From positions 744,001 through 808,000 of the forward strand of contig JAYWIR010000017.1 of assembly GCA_036172245.1 (NCBI GenBank): DNA of 64,000 nucleotides, in the 5' to 3' direction. The DNA comes from Raillietiella orientalis (lineage: Eukaryota). The position numbers were made by a program, and so were the translations under genes. The notes beneath the pieces are model-generated. The model made no database searches, had not been told where the DNA came from, and saw only the letters and a program-made list of their open reading frames with translations. Positions 37,229 through 50,999 of the stretch are shown here, piece by piece (positions within the stretch are counted from its first letter, which is position 1; every line of letters begins with the position of its first letter).

Positions 37229-38999
37229 AATCTGGGCGCATGAGGTGCGTTCTCAGAAAAACCACGTTATTTCAAAATCTTGCTTGCAAGTCAAAAGCAA
37301 TCAAAACAAGTGTTTTTGTAAAGAAAAAAAAATAAAAGAAGGAAAGAAAAGAGAAGAAAATAAAAAGACAAAGACTCCCTGCACCTATGCATTGAGGTTT
37401 CTCTGCTCGAATCAATCCAACAGTCTTAAGAAGACCTGCGACAGAGTGTTTTAACTTGTAGTGCAGTGACCTGTACACTTCTGGACTTGGAAAAACAACA
37501 TCGCTTGCCTTTTATTCCCGTACTGAAAGCACAGGCTGCGAGCAGCATCACACAGCTTTACAAGACTTCATTTACTACTATGCATACGCCGTTTTGTTTT
37601 AATGCAGGTGCGATAAAAGAAGAGCAACTCGAGTACACAGTGTGTAGTATCTAGTTCTGTAGACAAAATGCTCTATGCATACTTTTGGGGAAAAACTAAT
37701 GAAGCATTCGCAATGGCAATTAAGAACGTGTTTGTTCGAGAAAGAATACATGTTTGGTTTATTTTTAGAAATACTTTTTATTTTCTGAGGATTAAAGTTC
37801 TCATGGTGAGAGGCGTCGAGAGTTGGTGTTTAAATTATTTGAAGTGATGTCGATGAGTATGAAGTGCTTGATGAAATGTATCTTGACTCGGAACCATCTT
37901 GCAATTTCCAGGAAGAAGGGCGGAATGATGTCTTGAGTGGGAAATGGGTGGCAGAGGGGTAAATGCAGGAAGCAAGATGAGCGTTTGGCTCTCAAATAGT
38001 TTAATGGGTTAGGATGTTTGAGTTCGTTTTTGATTACACTGGAATCATAATCGTTCCACTTATGACCATTCGTTTTCTATTATTCATGTCAGCTATAAAA
38101 CAGAATACTGATATTCTTGTATATGTGTGCATGCTGAAAAGCTTCTGAGTAGTAGCTGGCTAGAGTCACTTTGCTTTAGCAATTACTAATGGGGTTTTAC
38201 AGATCATTAATAATTGATAATTTCGCGAGTGCGAGATGTTTGATATTTAACAAAAATGCCATTGAGTTCATAAACAGCTGTGACTTGAGATGAGGATTTA
38301 CGATTCATTCTTTTCCCTTTTTCATTTTGGGTCGTAGCTACGTACTCACAGTAGTAATTACAACTAGATGCTCTGGGTGAGCGAAGGGAGGCCATGATTG
38401 AGCAGATTCCCTCTAACTCAACGTATAGGCGATAGCAAGCATCGCCAAGGATTCCTTTCGAGGAACGTGCCTCCATATATGCCTTTCAGATGAATAAAGA
38501 GAGGGTGGCCACTTTTCTCGATGTGGACTTTCCCAACAGAGCTTTAATTAATAGGCAGGTAATACGAATTGCGGGATGAACTTCGATTTTGCATCCATGT
38601 TGTATCCAGATGTGCGATTCAGATGTGCGTTGATTGTGAGGGGATATTTTGATTCAGAATGATGCATAACAACATCAGGTCACAGCTGAGCTCAAGGAAT
38701 TTGATGGGAAATCAGATCCCAGCATTGGATTCGCGAATAATTCCAGCAACAGATTTTGTCCCTGATTGAGAAGGATGATTGGTCTTGTAGAAGACTGAGA
38801 AAAGTTGGATGGCAGTGAACTTTTGTGTCAACTTATGTGTCATGGTATCAAACAGCGATACGACCGTGAGGAGAAACTCTATTCTGGAATTTGTAACTGT
38901 TTTCCAACCAGGGATAATCAAGCGACGTTCTACAGTGCGACTCTACATCAATGCACAGTGCTTAACTGGGAGAAACATAAGACCGAAGCTACTATTTGA

Positions 39000-40704
39000 G
39001 CGTTCAGTTGATGTAATGTGTGCTAGGAATAATCGTGCCTATTTAAAGAGACTCCGAGACCCACTGGCATCGAGGCGGCAAGCGGGAGAACCCACAGTAT
39101 TTCCTTATCAGAGGACTACAAGTACCTAGGAAGGCATTCTGGAATCCTCAGTTCTCTTCCATCGAAAAGAAAAGAGATTTGCCTTAAGACCGAGTCCAAT
39201 CTTAGTCGTGGTTCTTTCGGCACGGCGAAAGGTGGACCCTTGAAAACATTGTCTTTCCCCCAGTCTCGTTCATTACATGAGGCTGGGGACAAGCCCGAGG
39301 GAAGATTAGAATTATATGGACCGAGGAATAGAAAGAGCAATTAAAAAAATTTTTGCACCTCCCGGCTCGAGCAAATGAATAACTTTACGGCTGCTTGGGA
39401 TGAAAGGCTGCTTGGGTTTGATGAAGCTAGGGCCGACAATTGCGACACATTCATCTCGGACAGCTGCTTCGAATTACTCACCTCTTCGGACAATGCGTTT
39501 AAGTGACCGGCTCGGGAAACTCTCCTCAGAAGTGGTGCTAAAGAAGATCCTCAAACCACCATCAGATGATGACCTCGGCGAGTTCATGCCCGGCAGTTCA
39601 TCTGGGAAGCTTCCGAGAATCTCTGATGACATCAGGAGCTTGTGGACCAAGGGAAGACAAGCCTCCTTGAGATCAGGTGCCTCTTGGGAGTATTCTGATT
39701 TAGAGCCCATAATACACGTAGGCGAAGTCACTTCCAATAACAGCACCAGAAAAAGGATAAGGGCTGCACAGAGACAGCAAGTCTTGTTGAAAGAGCACGA
39801 GCACCAAAACCAAGGGAAAGCCGTGCAGTGCGTGGGTGTTGCATCGTCCAGCTGTTTCTTAACAACAAAGGACTCCCTTAGATTTTCCGGTTATCAGTTT
39901 ATCCACAGAGTTCAGCTGAATTTGCTTCCTATTAGAGGTGCAGCAGAGAGAAGGACAGCAGATCGCACGTGTCGAAGTTGTAAAATCTGGAATGAGACGT
40001 TGCCTCACATCACAAACCACTGCGTGAAGCACTCTCATCTCTACACCACAAGATAAGATGCAATAGCAGAGAAAATTAAAAACTCTGCGTTGGGCGTAGC
40101 AAAATGAAAGTCAGTGTCCAGTAGCGGGAAGGTTCCAGGAGTTGATCCCACTCTGCGACCTGGTTTAGTGCAGAAGGGCGACAAGATGGTGGCATTTGAC
40201 GCGTGCTGTCGATTCGGAAATGGAGAAGGGGCGTTCAGCATAGCCAGGAAAGAAAAAGATCGATAAGCATCAAGATGTTGCCTACCAGCTAGCAATGAGG
40301 GGAAATCAACGCAAAGTACATGCTTTCATCATCGGACCATTTGGAACTTGGAACCCTGAGAATGATGCTGACACAGGAATCCCTAGAAAGTATTCAGAAA
40401 AAGAGACACTTTATGGTGGTGTCATGTATCCTGGCCACTAGGGATACCTCCTGGACATATGTGCTTGGACGTTGTCTCGATGATGTGGGAACCACCCTTC
40501 AGTTAAACGAAGGAGACCAAATGAGAGCTCTTCAACAAAGAAGTGGATATCCAACAAGGAGAAATAGCAGGGCATCCCGAAGAATAAAATCCATAGACTT
40601 CAGCCTACAAACTTTCATCCCTACCGGAGATGGAAGAGGATGGATAGGTGCTGAAGTGCCCTACCGTTTTTGTGATCTATTGTACCCCAATCTCCCTGAA
40701 TAAA
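39000..40704 (+). mobile_element. 5'-truncated, decayed Utopia (NeSL clade, U2-targeting) non-LTR retrotransposon: end of RT, CCHC knuckle, restriction-like endonuclease, 3' UTR
   Basis: DYKYLG (about 39115); KKFLHLPARAN.LYG..GCLGL; FIHRVQLNLLP..CRSCKIWNETLPHITNHC..TTR*DAI; TLRPGLV..FDACCRFGNG..AF.IARKEK; IIGPFGTWNPEND; AATAAA at 40699-40704 followed directly by U2 sequence. In-frame stops show it is inactive. Confidence 0.88.
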
Positions 40705-40725
40705 ATCTGTTCTTATCAGCTTAAT
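40705..40725 (+). pseudogene. U2: U2 snRNA fragment (about nt 38-58) at the retrotransposon 3' junction
   Basis: ATCTGTTCTTATCAGCTTAAT versus U2 ATCTGTTCTTATCAG(C/T)TTAA; similarity stops after about 21 nt. Confidence 0.85.
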
Positions 40726-41698
40726 GCTCTAGGAATGATCATATCTGTTTCCTGAGACTTAGAGTGTTTTCAAGGCATTATAAAAGCAATGATTATTGAA
40801 CGATCGAATGCGAGAGTTCTAATGAGAAATTGCGCGAAAACGTACTGTAAGAATAGGGGAAACAACATGAGAAGATGCGAAAAGCAGTGGCTTTTTTGAT
40901 AGTCTATGATAAAATTGCGCATTTTGTTGAAGGCCTCCGGTTCTGGCAGCGATAAGACTTTTGGAGCTGTCCAGTTGGTCGAATAGATTAAATTCTGGCT
41001 TCACATTGACTTTTATGTTTACGTGAGGAATACAAAGCGTATTCAGGAATATTTGTAGCCTTGGAAGAGTGATGGCAAGCGTTAAATATTCAGAGAATAT
41101 TTCCTCGGTAATTTGAGCTTGAGGAATCTATCACTTGCTGCAGAAATTTTGTAGCAAGAGATGATCGATCTAGAGTGTGGGAATTTACTTGGAGAGATTT
41201 GACGAAGAATAATAAAGAATTACCTAATTTCCTATTCATGGAGATAGCTGATCTGTGTAAAACTTCGAACGATGTTGAAGTTAAAGTAAAACGTTTCTAG
41301 TTTAACCCTAGTTTCTAGTCAAGCAGCTGCACTCGATTTGAGATTAGATCAGATTTGTTTTCTAGTCTGGCTGGGGTGATTGGGGCTAGTCTCCATCTTT
41401 CAGTTGTATGAATTGCTTATGGATATTTATTAATTTCAATTCGCTATTTTAGAAGGAAATGATTCATAGTTCTTGTTTGCTCATCCTACCAATCGGGACC
41501 GTTGCTACTCAGTTCTATGTGACATTTAGAGGCTCTTAAAAACCTATTCGAAGAGATCTGCTTGTCTACGAAAATTTACTGCTTAATTAATTATGTCCAC
41601 CTTACTTGTTTATCTACTTCTTCCGTTCCTGTACGCTTAGGAACAGTGACTCTACTCACGGTTTTTTTTTTTTTTTAGGACAACAAGCAATTATTGTA

Positions 41699-41727
41699 GG
41701 TCTTTTGGCTAAGGTCAAACAGTAGCA
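41699..41727 (+). pseudogene. U2: Degenerate U2 snRNA 5' fragment (about nt 11-39)
   Basis: GGTCTTTTGGCTAAGGTCAAACAGTAGCA aligns ungapped 24/29 to the recalled U2 sequence GGCCTTTTGGCTAAGATCAAAGTGTAGTA. Confidence 0.6.
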
Positions 41728-43429
41728 GACAATTATGTGTAAGCACCGACCAAACAAGAAAGCGTTCCCAACCAAAAGCTCAAAAAAATTGCCTTTTATG
41801 CTATTCAAGGCGCATGAAATCAAACTAGTGAGATGCTTTTGAGTTGAAATGAGCAGTTCTGAATGGTGAAATCTCTATCAGTCATCTGTAATATCATTAT
41901 TTCTTGGTTTTAGCCATCTGAAGAGATAGGCAAGAAAGTTCAACTTTTCGCTTTCACTTACCACACTGGAAACTCCACCTACTATCCAGCGGACATAGCA
42001 ATTCTGGCCTTGCTACATCAGCCCGAATGCTTATCATCTCGTCCTACGGATCGCTTGACTCTATTCTATAAAATCGATAATGCATTCCACGAAATGTATA
42101 GCCTGCAAGGACCTTTAGATGATAACTTGAAGTGCATTATGATGTCAAAGTTTTAAGGAATCTACACAAATCTTTGTTTCACAAGATAGGGCTACTAACT
42201 CCGACATCTAATCTTAGGTGAACTTCAACACACTGCAAGCCATGAGTCCTCTGGGAATGCATTGGCACACATAATGCAAGGTAGTCATCTGTTTGCTCTT
42301 TTTTTTTTTTTACATGGCGACTGGCAAGTGGGCTTACCTGGTTCCTTTTCTGTGTAGTGACCCTAGTGTCGCTAGTCTTTACGTCTGTATTTCAAAGGAT
42401 TCTCTCTAAAATGTACGCCGTGAAGTCTGACAACGATGACAGCTTGCTTCTTATGAAGATTCTCCTTCCGTGCTTGCCTGTTGTTCAAAAGGGGCCTGAA
42501 GACACTGGAGACTAGAACTAACATAGAAATGCATGAATAAAAAATCACAAAATCTTTTTTTTCTTTGAGCATCCTCGTGAAGCATGCTAAATGTTCCACT
42601 AGATTGGCTGGCTAAGATTCATAGTAAGCATCTTCTGGAGTCAATCAAGCCATCGACCAGTATGAAACATAGTCAGCGAACAGGCAATGAATAGCATCGA
42701 CAGGTTAGGTTAGGTTATGCAACATGTGGGCGGACTACAAAAATCCGATTTGAGGAACGAGAAAGAGAAAGAAAGGGAACTATTTGTTCTATCTCAGAAG
42801 GAATTATTTACGAGTGGGTCTGAGTCTATGGTTCAAAGGAAAATTCAGTGATGCTTAACCATTTTGGAACCATTAGATTTTCTTTTGAATCATGGCCTGC
42901 TAGCATAGCAGAATCCGAATCAATTCCTTTGATAAATGGCAGGCTTTCGTTCAGATAGGCTGATAAGGGAATTTCCTTCCACATTCTCTGCCGAATGTTC
43001 CAGTGCTGACTTATTCGAGAAGCAGATTTGACGACTTTAGGCGTTTTATGATGCTTCTGGTTGTAAAAGATCAGAGCACAGCCCATAAACTCTCGAAATT
43101 TGGAAGAACCTGATTCTGAAACCCCCTTGTAAGTAATACATTCGATATTAGACAGTGCTTCTTCGTCATTAAAATTCCAAGCCGGTATTGAGGTACTTGT
43201 GTGACAGCACAGCCCGCAAACAGTAACTGACACATGGTTATGCTCGCTGACTGAGCTCCTTTGTATGGAGCCCAAAGTATCAACGTATAGATGTTCACTT
43301 GCACATCGATGCCTTGTACCGGGTTACTATGGGGATAAGAATTCCAGTCCTTCACACAGTGCTGTAACAAGATAAGTTGTTATTCTGCTTGCAGTGACAC
43401 TAGATGTGACCTCAAGCTACGGGGAGGAA

Positions 43430-45300
43430 AAACAGCAACCGACATCATAAACCTGTGCAAACCCTATGATCGAGCTTCTGTTTGGAGGGATGCCACCGAA
43501 TATACCTGGAATGGCATTTTTCGATTCTTAACGATGAACTTTTCTATTCTTCCGCATACGACATCCGCGCGCTCTGGTCTTTCGGAGTTGCTTGCGGTTC
43601 CCACGAAGGATTTCCTCTCCAGGGATTGGGCTATATGGGAAGCCACTACATCTGCATCCAGGAGCCCTATGCACCAGGGCATCTCCCTTGATCTCCATTG
43701 GCATCTCTGCTGGTCACCGAGCGTTTTCTTTCTGAGTCACTCTTGTGTACATCGGCTGTGAACCCAGATGCGTATGCTGTTTTGCTTCCTACGCTGCATG
43801 GAGCTTCAGAGAAACAGGCGCCTAAAAGAAATGGAACCACTCGGAAAGCCTCGTTGACTCTCGTTCGCGGCTCACGGCTCCAGCTCCACGAGAGCTGGAA
43901 GATTGCGCCCAAAAAACCGGTCTCACCATCTCGAGAGAACAGTCCATGCGAGTGGTGCGTTTGGTGGGACTTTCATTTGTTTCAGCCCTCTTTCCCAGTA
44001 ACGACAGCCGTTTCACCCTCCTTTTCATTGCTTCACGTGACCCTCAATACGGTGTCCAGCATTTGTTTAGTCCAAGGATACTTTGAATTCCTAACATTCC
44101 CTAAACGAAGATGATTCTTTGAGGCAGGAATCGTCTCCATATTTTCCTACCATGACCCCAAGAGTATCGAAATCGGGCACCTTGAATTATTCCACATAAC
44201 CCATTCCTACTCGGGAGCGAAAGGGAAGAATCTGTGCATGCGTCACAGGCATCCTTTTCCCTTTCCTGGAAAGTGTGCTAGGAGAGTGGCGAGCAAGCGG
44301 TTGTTCTTTGGGCTTCCCGAAACCCGTGTGCAAACTCGAGCAAAACCACCGGGTGACTGCCTCCAAAGTCTTCGAAGTCCCTAGCCCAGCGACGTACCGC
44401 CATCACCAGACCGTGTGGTCCCTTCTTTGAAGGTTCGTGAGTACCCGAAAGAGCATTCTTTTTGCAGCGTGTTCGAAGAACAGGGTCTCCCTGAAAGTAA
44501 ACTGCCGAGCTATTGGAGCAGGAAAAGAAGTCACAAGGCGGTTCAGCGGTATCAGTGGTCACGTCCACTGTTCCCAGGCCAACACCTCGGAACGAGATTG
44601 CACGTTTAAGGATCAGCTGTTTCCTTTACTCTCACGATGGGCAAACCAAGTCAACCAGGGGGAAACCCTTCGTGCGAAGCATCCAGGAGAGGATCCTATC
44701 CGGGAAAGGCAGCTGTCTCAGCTGAGGGACAACCACAGGGATGAAGAGAGCGCGTGACCTCGCGGCGCGCGGTCACTGGGAATGGGGAACAGGTTCTTCA
44801 GAAAAGTCAACTTCTTCTGCATTCATTTCCTCACAGAGGACCCAACGCAGCCTGGGCAAGCTCCGAGGCGGGATGTTTCGTCCGAGGTCCTTCGAGGGCA
44901 GCACGGTGAGCTCTTCGTGCCAGATTTCGAGCTGCGTTCCTGCCTTGGCCGTTTTCCCCTTCCTCGAACCACATTGTGTGCACACGGTGGAAACCGCCGT
45001 TAGCGGCGAGATACTCTCCTGCTCTCCCTCTCCCTTTCTCGTCTCCTCATCTTTCGAAGTCAACGTGGAGTAGAAGATTTGAAATCGGTCGTAGCAGAGT
45101 CTGGAGTGCAAGATCACCGCAGACGTCATTTGCAGCCCCGGGCTATCATCACAGAAGGCAAACATCCTCCTCCACTAGGAAATCAGAATGTGAAGGGACA
45201 GCCATGAACCTCGAAACGCAATCTAGCCGAAGGATGATAGTCTGCGAAGAATCCCGAATTTCAACATAAGTGAAGAGGAAGATGAAGGATTAGAAGAAAG
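43430..45300 (-). mobile_element. Decayed NeSL/Utopia-like element, N-terminal zinc-finger region to pre-RT region
   Basis: TVCTQCG..H zinc-finger remnant (about 44970, parallels YVCTC at 30920); GRIEKFIVKNRKM at about 43530 resembles the RIQKLYR.NRK motif preceding RT. Confidence 0.5.
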
Positions 45301-48300
45301 AAAAGCTGCTGTGGAGGAGTACCCCGGGATGTGGGGTAGGGTCGGGGACTTTGAAGTGCAAAAATGTTACAGGACAAAAGAGGAGAGGCTTTCCAGGAAA
45401 TCGGATTCATGGCAATCATTTCATCCTAGTTTTACATGGGCTGACGTCCGCCACGGTATGCAGTGTGCTTTTCGAGCTTTTCATCTCGATAGACACATTG
45501 ACATCCCGAAGCGAGGATGTGCGTGCAATGAATGAAATGAATGCGCCAACTCACCACATTCAAGAATTCTGGTCAGTTTTGCCTGATGAAGAAGATCTGA
45601 GCTCGATGTTTGTGTACGCTGTGAAAGTAAAGAGCTAGAGCTTCTGTTTGAGATCCGGCTGAAGAGGAAATCTCAGAAAGAGACACGTCGGGTGTCACGT
45701 TTGCGGAAGATCAACAAGTGAGACTGCCATAGTTACCGGCAAGTTCTTAAGTAATCATGAAGTATTTCCCCGGGGTTATTCGAGCCTTTAGTGGTCTCGA
45801 TATTGCAGAAGTGCTGCTCTGCAAACTGCTGTGCTCACGAAGTGCTTTCGTTCTTCTCAAATACATTCGATCGCATACTGTAAGCATGGGGATCCCGAAT
45901 ACCCCAAAAGCATTAAATATTAAAAATGCAATTTTTTTTTTTGCCCCTAGCTGCTCTTTCCCTCTGGTCCACTAGAAGCTCGTGCAAATTTTCTCAGCCG
46001 CTTGAGCAAACGTCAGCATCATTTCGAAAATTCCAAGCCAAGAATGAAAAAAGCAAAGGTCTCGATCCTGTGGCTTACACATACATACACAAAAAGTTGG
46101 CTATTATTTTTCATACTGATTACGTGAATGCAGCTTACATATACGTAGCATGGCACGACAAAGTGCTGCCCAGGTGTTGCCATGGCAACAACGCCAGAAT
46201 CCACATAACTAGGCTTTATAACAAAATTTACATGACATTTACATTTAAATGAATCAAATCGAAACTGTCAGTTACAAACTGAATGACAGATGAGCATCGC
46301 GAGTTATTTCTCCAAATGCACAGAAAAAGAAGAAGAAAAAAAAACGCACTTCAAGCAAAGTTACTCCTGTGGAAAACAAACACTCCAGAGGCACTTTACA
46401 TTTTCAGAGAAAGATTACGTTCTACTCCGATACTCAAACTCAATATTTAAATTTCCGAAGAGAAATGCTACTCGCGGTAGGTTAGGGTTCCTTGGAAATT
46501 ATCCGCGCAATTTTCAGTTTACACTTTAGCCGACACATCTGTGGAAAGCCATGGAAATGGAATCCGTGAAATATACGATTTAGACGCTACCCAAAGCATC
46601 CGCAGTTTCCAAGAGATGAAATTCTTATTTGGGTTACATGAGTAGTCTTCCAGGATGGCTTGCCATTCTTCCATGTACCCACGGGAAGTTGGCCTTTTGA
46701 ATCTAGAATCAGGAATCAAAAATGTATCGAAAAAACATGAAAATTAAGAAGAAAGAAGAAGAAAGAAACAGACATCCGAGAACAAAAATTAAATATGGAA
46801 ATTAAGTTTTCGAGTGACAGAAAACCATTAAATATCATAAATCACACATTTTTGATTTTTCGAGAAGCCATGAGCAGCACAGAACGGTTTAATTGAATTT
46901 GTCCAAATCATTAGAGAGGATCCTGCGAAAGCAAGCTGATCATCAACTTATAATTTGAATGACGTCCTGTTTTGTAGAAAAGGTCTCTAAATAATACCTT
47001 CAAGACGGAAGAAGCTGCTAAGTGCAAAAATGCCAAACTGTTATACGGAAGCCAGACATCCGTTATAAGAACAAAAGCAAAACCCAAATGAAAAGAAAAA
47101 AAAAAACATGCAAGATGCAAATTCAGCAGATTCTCGATTTAATAAATGGATAAATACCCATTTGATAGATCATACGAGTGAGAAGCCTGGTCATTACTGA
47201 TTCTTCTACAAGCAGGTTCAAACAGCCAGGTCATCAGATAATGACTACAAAAACTGCACGAGTGATCATGCAGAGCGAAAGGATTCAGTATTAAAGAGGG
47301 GCTGTTAGATTCTCCTCTTTTGTGGCACTCTTTCCTATTCGAGTAACACAAATTTCACAGTGGCCTAGTTTGGCCTGGTTAATTTTTTTCAGCCTTGTGC
47401 TCCTTCAATAGTTGGATTAGAACTCAGTAGAATTCCGGTTAAGAACTCGGTAGTTCGGTGTAATAAATAACTATGCATTCATTTAATAATATGACGTGAA
47501 AAATTCTTTCATTCTTTTTTCACTGAATTTGGATTCGTGAATACCAGAAGAGGGATTCAGACATCTGGTTATTCTTCATTGGTATGCTATGCTACTACTA
47601 TACTGCAAGAAAAGTTATAGACTAAGCTCTCCAATTACCCGAATGAAAAAAATTTCAAACGAAAAATGTAATAAAAAGCCAACTGAAGGCGCCTAATTAA
47701 CGTGGTAAGCAGTTCCATGCAATTTTCACTGTGTTTTTGTTTTTATTTTTTTTTAGGTGTGTGCAAGATTTAACGGCAATTGTGTTCCCGCGTTGCTTAC
47801 GTGATATTTTTCTTGCAGACGAATAATTAACTGCTGATTAAGAGCTGCATGTGCTTTGGACACTCAGTGTTGGTTATCGTGGGCACAACACTTACAAACG
47901 GAGAGGTAAGTAAGCACCTTCGCAATGTAGAAGAATACGGACATAAGTAGACAACTGGAGTTCTTCCTTTTCTTAGACCATGTACGATTTGTGAAGGTTT
48001 GTGGTTCGTCTTTGGGTTTCTGAAACGCTGAAAACGCATAAAATCGGAACGGTCGCGATGTTTCTGGTTCATGAATGGATGGAGGCAACAGAAATTCGTG
48101 AGATGCTGCTCGATTCCTACGTGCCTTTGGGGCAATAAATTTATTTTGTGAGAACTGCGATAACCACTTACGCCCATCTCTAGCTACTCAGCCGATGAGC
48201 ATTAAAGCACAGATGCACTTCAGCATCCGTACTTTGTGGATTTTCTCCGCATTCTAGGAAAAGGTAAACGAGCAAGTAATGCTTTGACAAGCATGAGAAA

Positions 48301-50999
48301 TCAAACGGGAAGATTAATTCGTCCTTGACTTGGTAGAAATATTAATTACGCAGTGAGAAGCCCCAGTACGGCGAACTCTACGAGTTAGGCACACTGGTAC
48401 AGAGATGTTCCACTCATTCCAGCACGCAAACCATTTAGTTGTTTGTGATCTTCGTTCATCAAGCTCATGAGTGCATAATTTGTACAGCGTGCTCAGCTCG
48501 AGAAATATCCACATTGAAACTCAATCATCTTTCTATTTGATTTTCGCGATTACGGCGGATTCAAGGTTAGGTTCCCTTTGTCTCTCGAGTAAGAAAATAG
48601 AACAGGATCGGGGAGGTAGTAAAATAAATGACTGAATAAATTCAGCAGTGATGGCCAGGGAAAGACTGAACATGAGCTGAACAACAGTTCTTGCTCCGTA
48701 TGGACCTTTTCCAAAGAAAGATGATAACCTCCACTTTGTGTGATGCTTTGGCCATACGCGCTGTTAAATACTTCAGCTTATCAGAAGCTAAACATGATAT
48801 CGTATTTTTTCTTCAAATTATCTATGATTTTGAATATGAGGAAGGCTGCTATAATAGATGCGCTTTACACAGCGTAACGAATTGTGGCAACCGGAGAAAT
48901 TACGTAGGCAAAATGAAGCACCAAAAGATGCGATTTTTCAAGGTTTTCAAGTTACACCGAATTTTCCTATTTACACTTTTGTTACTGCAATCACATTTTC
49001 GAATCCGGTTCCAGCATTATCTGCACTCGAGCAATCATGGATGGAAACTGAATCGAGGTCTCCAGAAAATCAACCTTGCAAGCGAGCCAAATAAGAACAA
49101 GTCTTCAGATAATTCACGAAGATTCATTCAATACGAATTAATTTTACTCATCCCATGTCAAATGATAGTAGCAAAAATAAATGCCGTCACGACGTCCGAA
49201 AGCGTGTACAATCCACGTGGACTCTGAGAAACAAGGTTTCATGGAAACTGCTACACATCTGCATGCATACACATGAAAACATCCCATGGAAGACGAAGGA
49301 CACGAACATTGATGTGATAAAACACACACACATCTTTGTTGTAGATGTTCATAGCCATTGCTTTCGATTTTTTCTTTTTTTACCTGGAAAACTTGTCTTG
49401 AAGGGTGGAATTCTCTTGGCTGTTTCGTGCTCTTACTGTTTCATGGAGATGCTTCATGACCTGCTTTAAGGCACATTTGGCAAAACGCAAAGCTTACAGT
49501 AGAAGGATCATTTCTTTAAAACTGGTTTCCCCTTCAGTGCACTTCCATGGAGTGCAACTTTCGACTCGTGATCAAGAAATCGATCCGTGGTTTCCACATT
49601 TTATTTGCGACTGCCTCCTCTTCGAACGTTTCTTATGCCAAAGCCTCTCAGTCACCAAATAGCAATTCTAAGCGTCTCTCTTGCTTTACTTGCTAAACTG
49701 TATCGGAATATATCAGTCATTATTGATTCGTATTGAGGCATGGTATCTGGTTCCGGTTCCCCATGCTACTGGCAAAAAGCTCCAATAAAAAACTTTAAAG
49801 TAGGACTGAAAAATAATTTTCAGAAAGTAACTCCGTCCTTTCATTGCAATGTAAGAAACACATCGAAGTGGATCTCACGAGTCTCCTTATGAAAGAACTG
49901 GTCGTTCTTGCGTGGACTGCATAATAAAAATCCTCAAGAGAATGCAGGAAAATTACCATGACTTTATTATTAGTAGAGCTGATTAGTTTCAATTTTGGAT
50001 TTCATGATATTCACGCCGTTCGATTTCACCATTTGATTTCTTCTAAAGACGAAACTCAGATAGTATCAATCGTTGGGATACTGTCACTTTGGTAAATCCC
50101 AATTTTAGAAAAGAGCAATTCACGCAAAAAAAAAAATTTAAAAAAAAGGCACGCAACTAACTCTTAGAAAATTAATAAGAGTGACTTTCTTCAAACTTGA
50201 AAACGCAAAAAGTGCTGCCAATCAATCAACTCCTCTCGTTGTGATCCGCCTGAAACGTCTCTTCATTTTGCTGTCAACATTCCTGTGGTGATCTGCCCTT
50301 AACGAGTCATTCCATCCACTGATGACACTGATGATGCTGTGGATTTCGCAACAAATAGATTCTGGTCTTTTTGTGTACTCTTCTGCGAGAGAGCAGAAAG
50401 ATTCTATTCTCCAATGTGCTTCCGCTGCACACTGCTTCGGCTGGTAAACGGTCAACCGTTTTTCATTCGGTTTGTTTCACAGACGCTTGTCCGTCCATCA
50501 TGCATTTCACTTTACCTGTATTCCAGAGCTATCACCTTTCTGCCTCATCTGATCATGAACTGCCGCTGGCATTTGCCACAGTTATTCCATCATTCTCACT
50601 TCTACTCTTCTTCTTGGCTTGCATTTCATTTGGCTTAGAACGAAAACAAACACAGCACTGCTGTCCAAGAGCAGGAAGAGCAAGTTTTCTGTTCCGCTGC
50701 CATCTACATTTTGGACCAGACTTTCCAATTTTCTGTTTATTTCTTGTCCACGGGGTCCGTCCGTGTTCCATTCCGTTCATCAGTACTCCATATTTTGCCG
50801 AAGACCTAGTCCCACATTTCTCTCAAAGTCACTTTATCCCCTAACGAACCCCTTCTGAGTGATCAGTGAGTACGCAGAGGTTCCCGGATCTGAATCTGAC
50901 TGAACGTCGACGTTTTTCCTTCCTGAATGCAAGTGTGAGAAACTCGAGGGCAAAGTTAGTCGTTGTCAGCTCGGTCCCACATCTTCTTCTGTCAACGAC

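Noticed and set aside
42609..42635. TGGCTAAGAT match to U2 (also CTGTTCTTAT near 54992 and CTTTGATCTTA near 55150)
   Set aside because: 10-11 nt matches without extension can occur by chance.
42826..43370. Overlapping minus-strand ORFs of 149 and 99 aa
   Set aside because: A KDWNSYP motif hints at a TE origin, but no family can be assigned by eye.
47359..47460. A-box/B-box-like words suggesting a tRNA or SINE head
   Set aside because: No cloverleaf can be folded and the boxes are degenerate.
48691..49227. 178-aa plus-strand ORF
   Set aside because: Composition typical of random AT-rich ORFs; no domain recognised.
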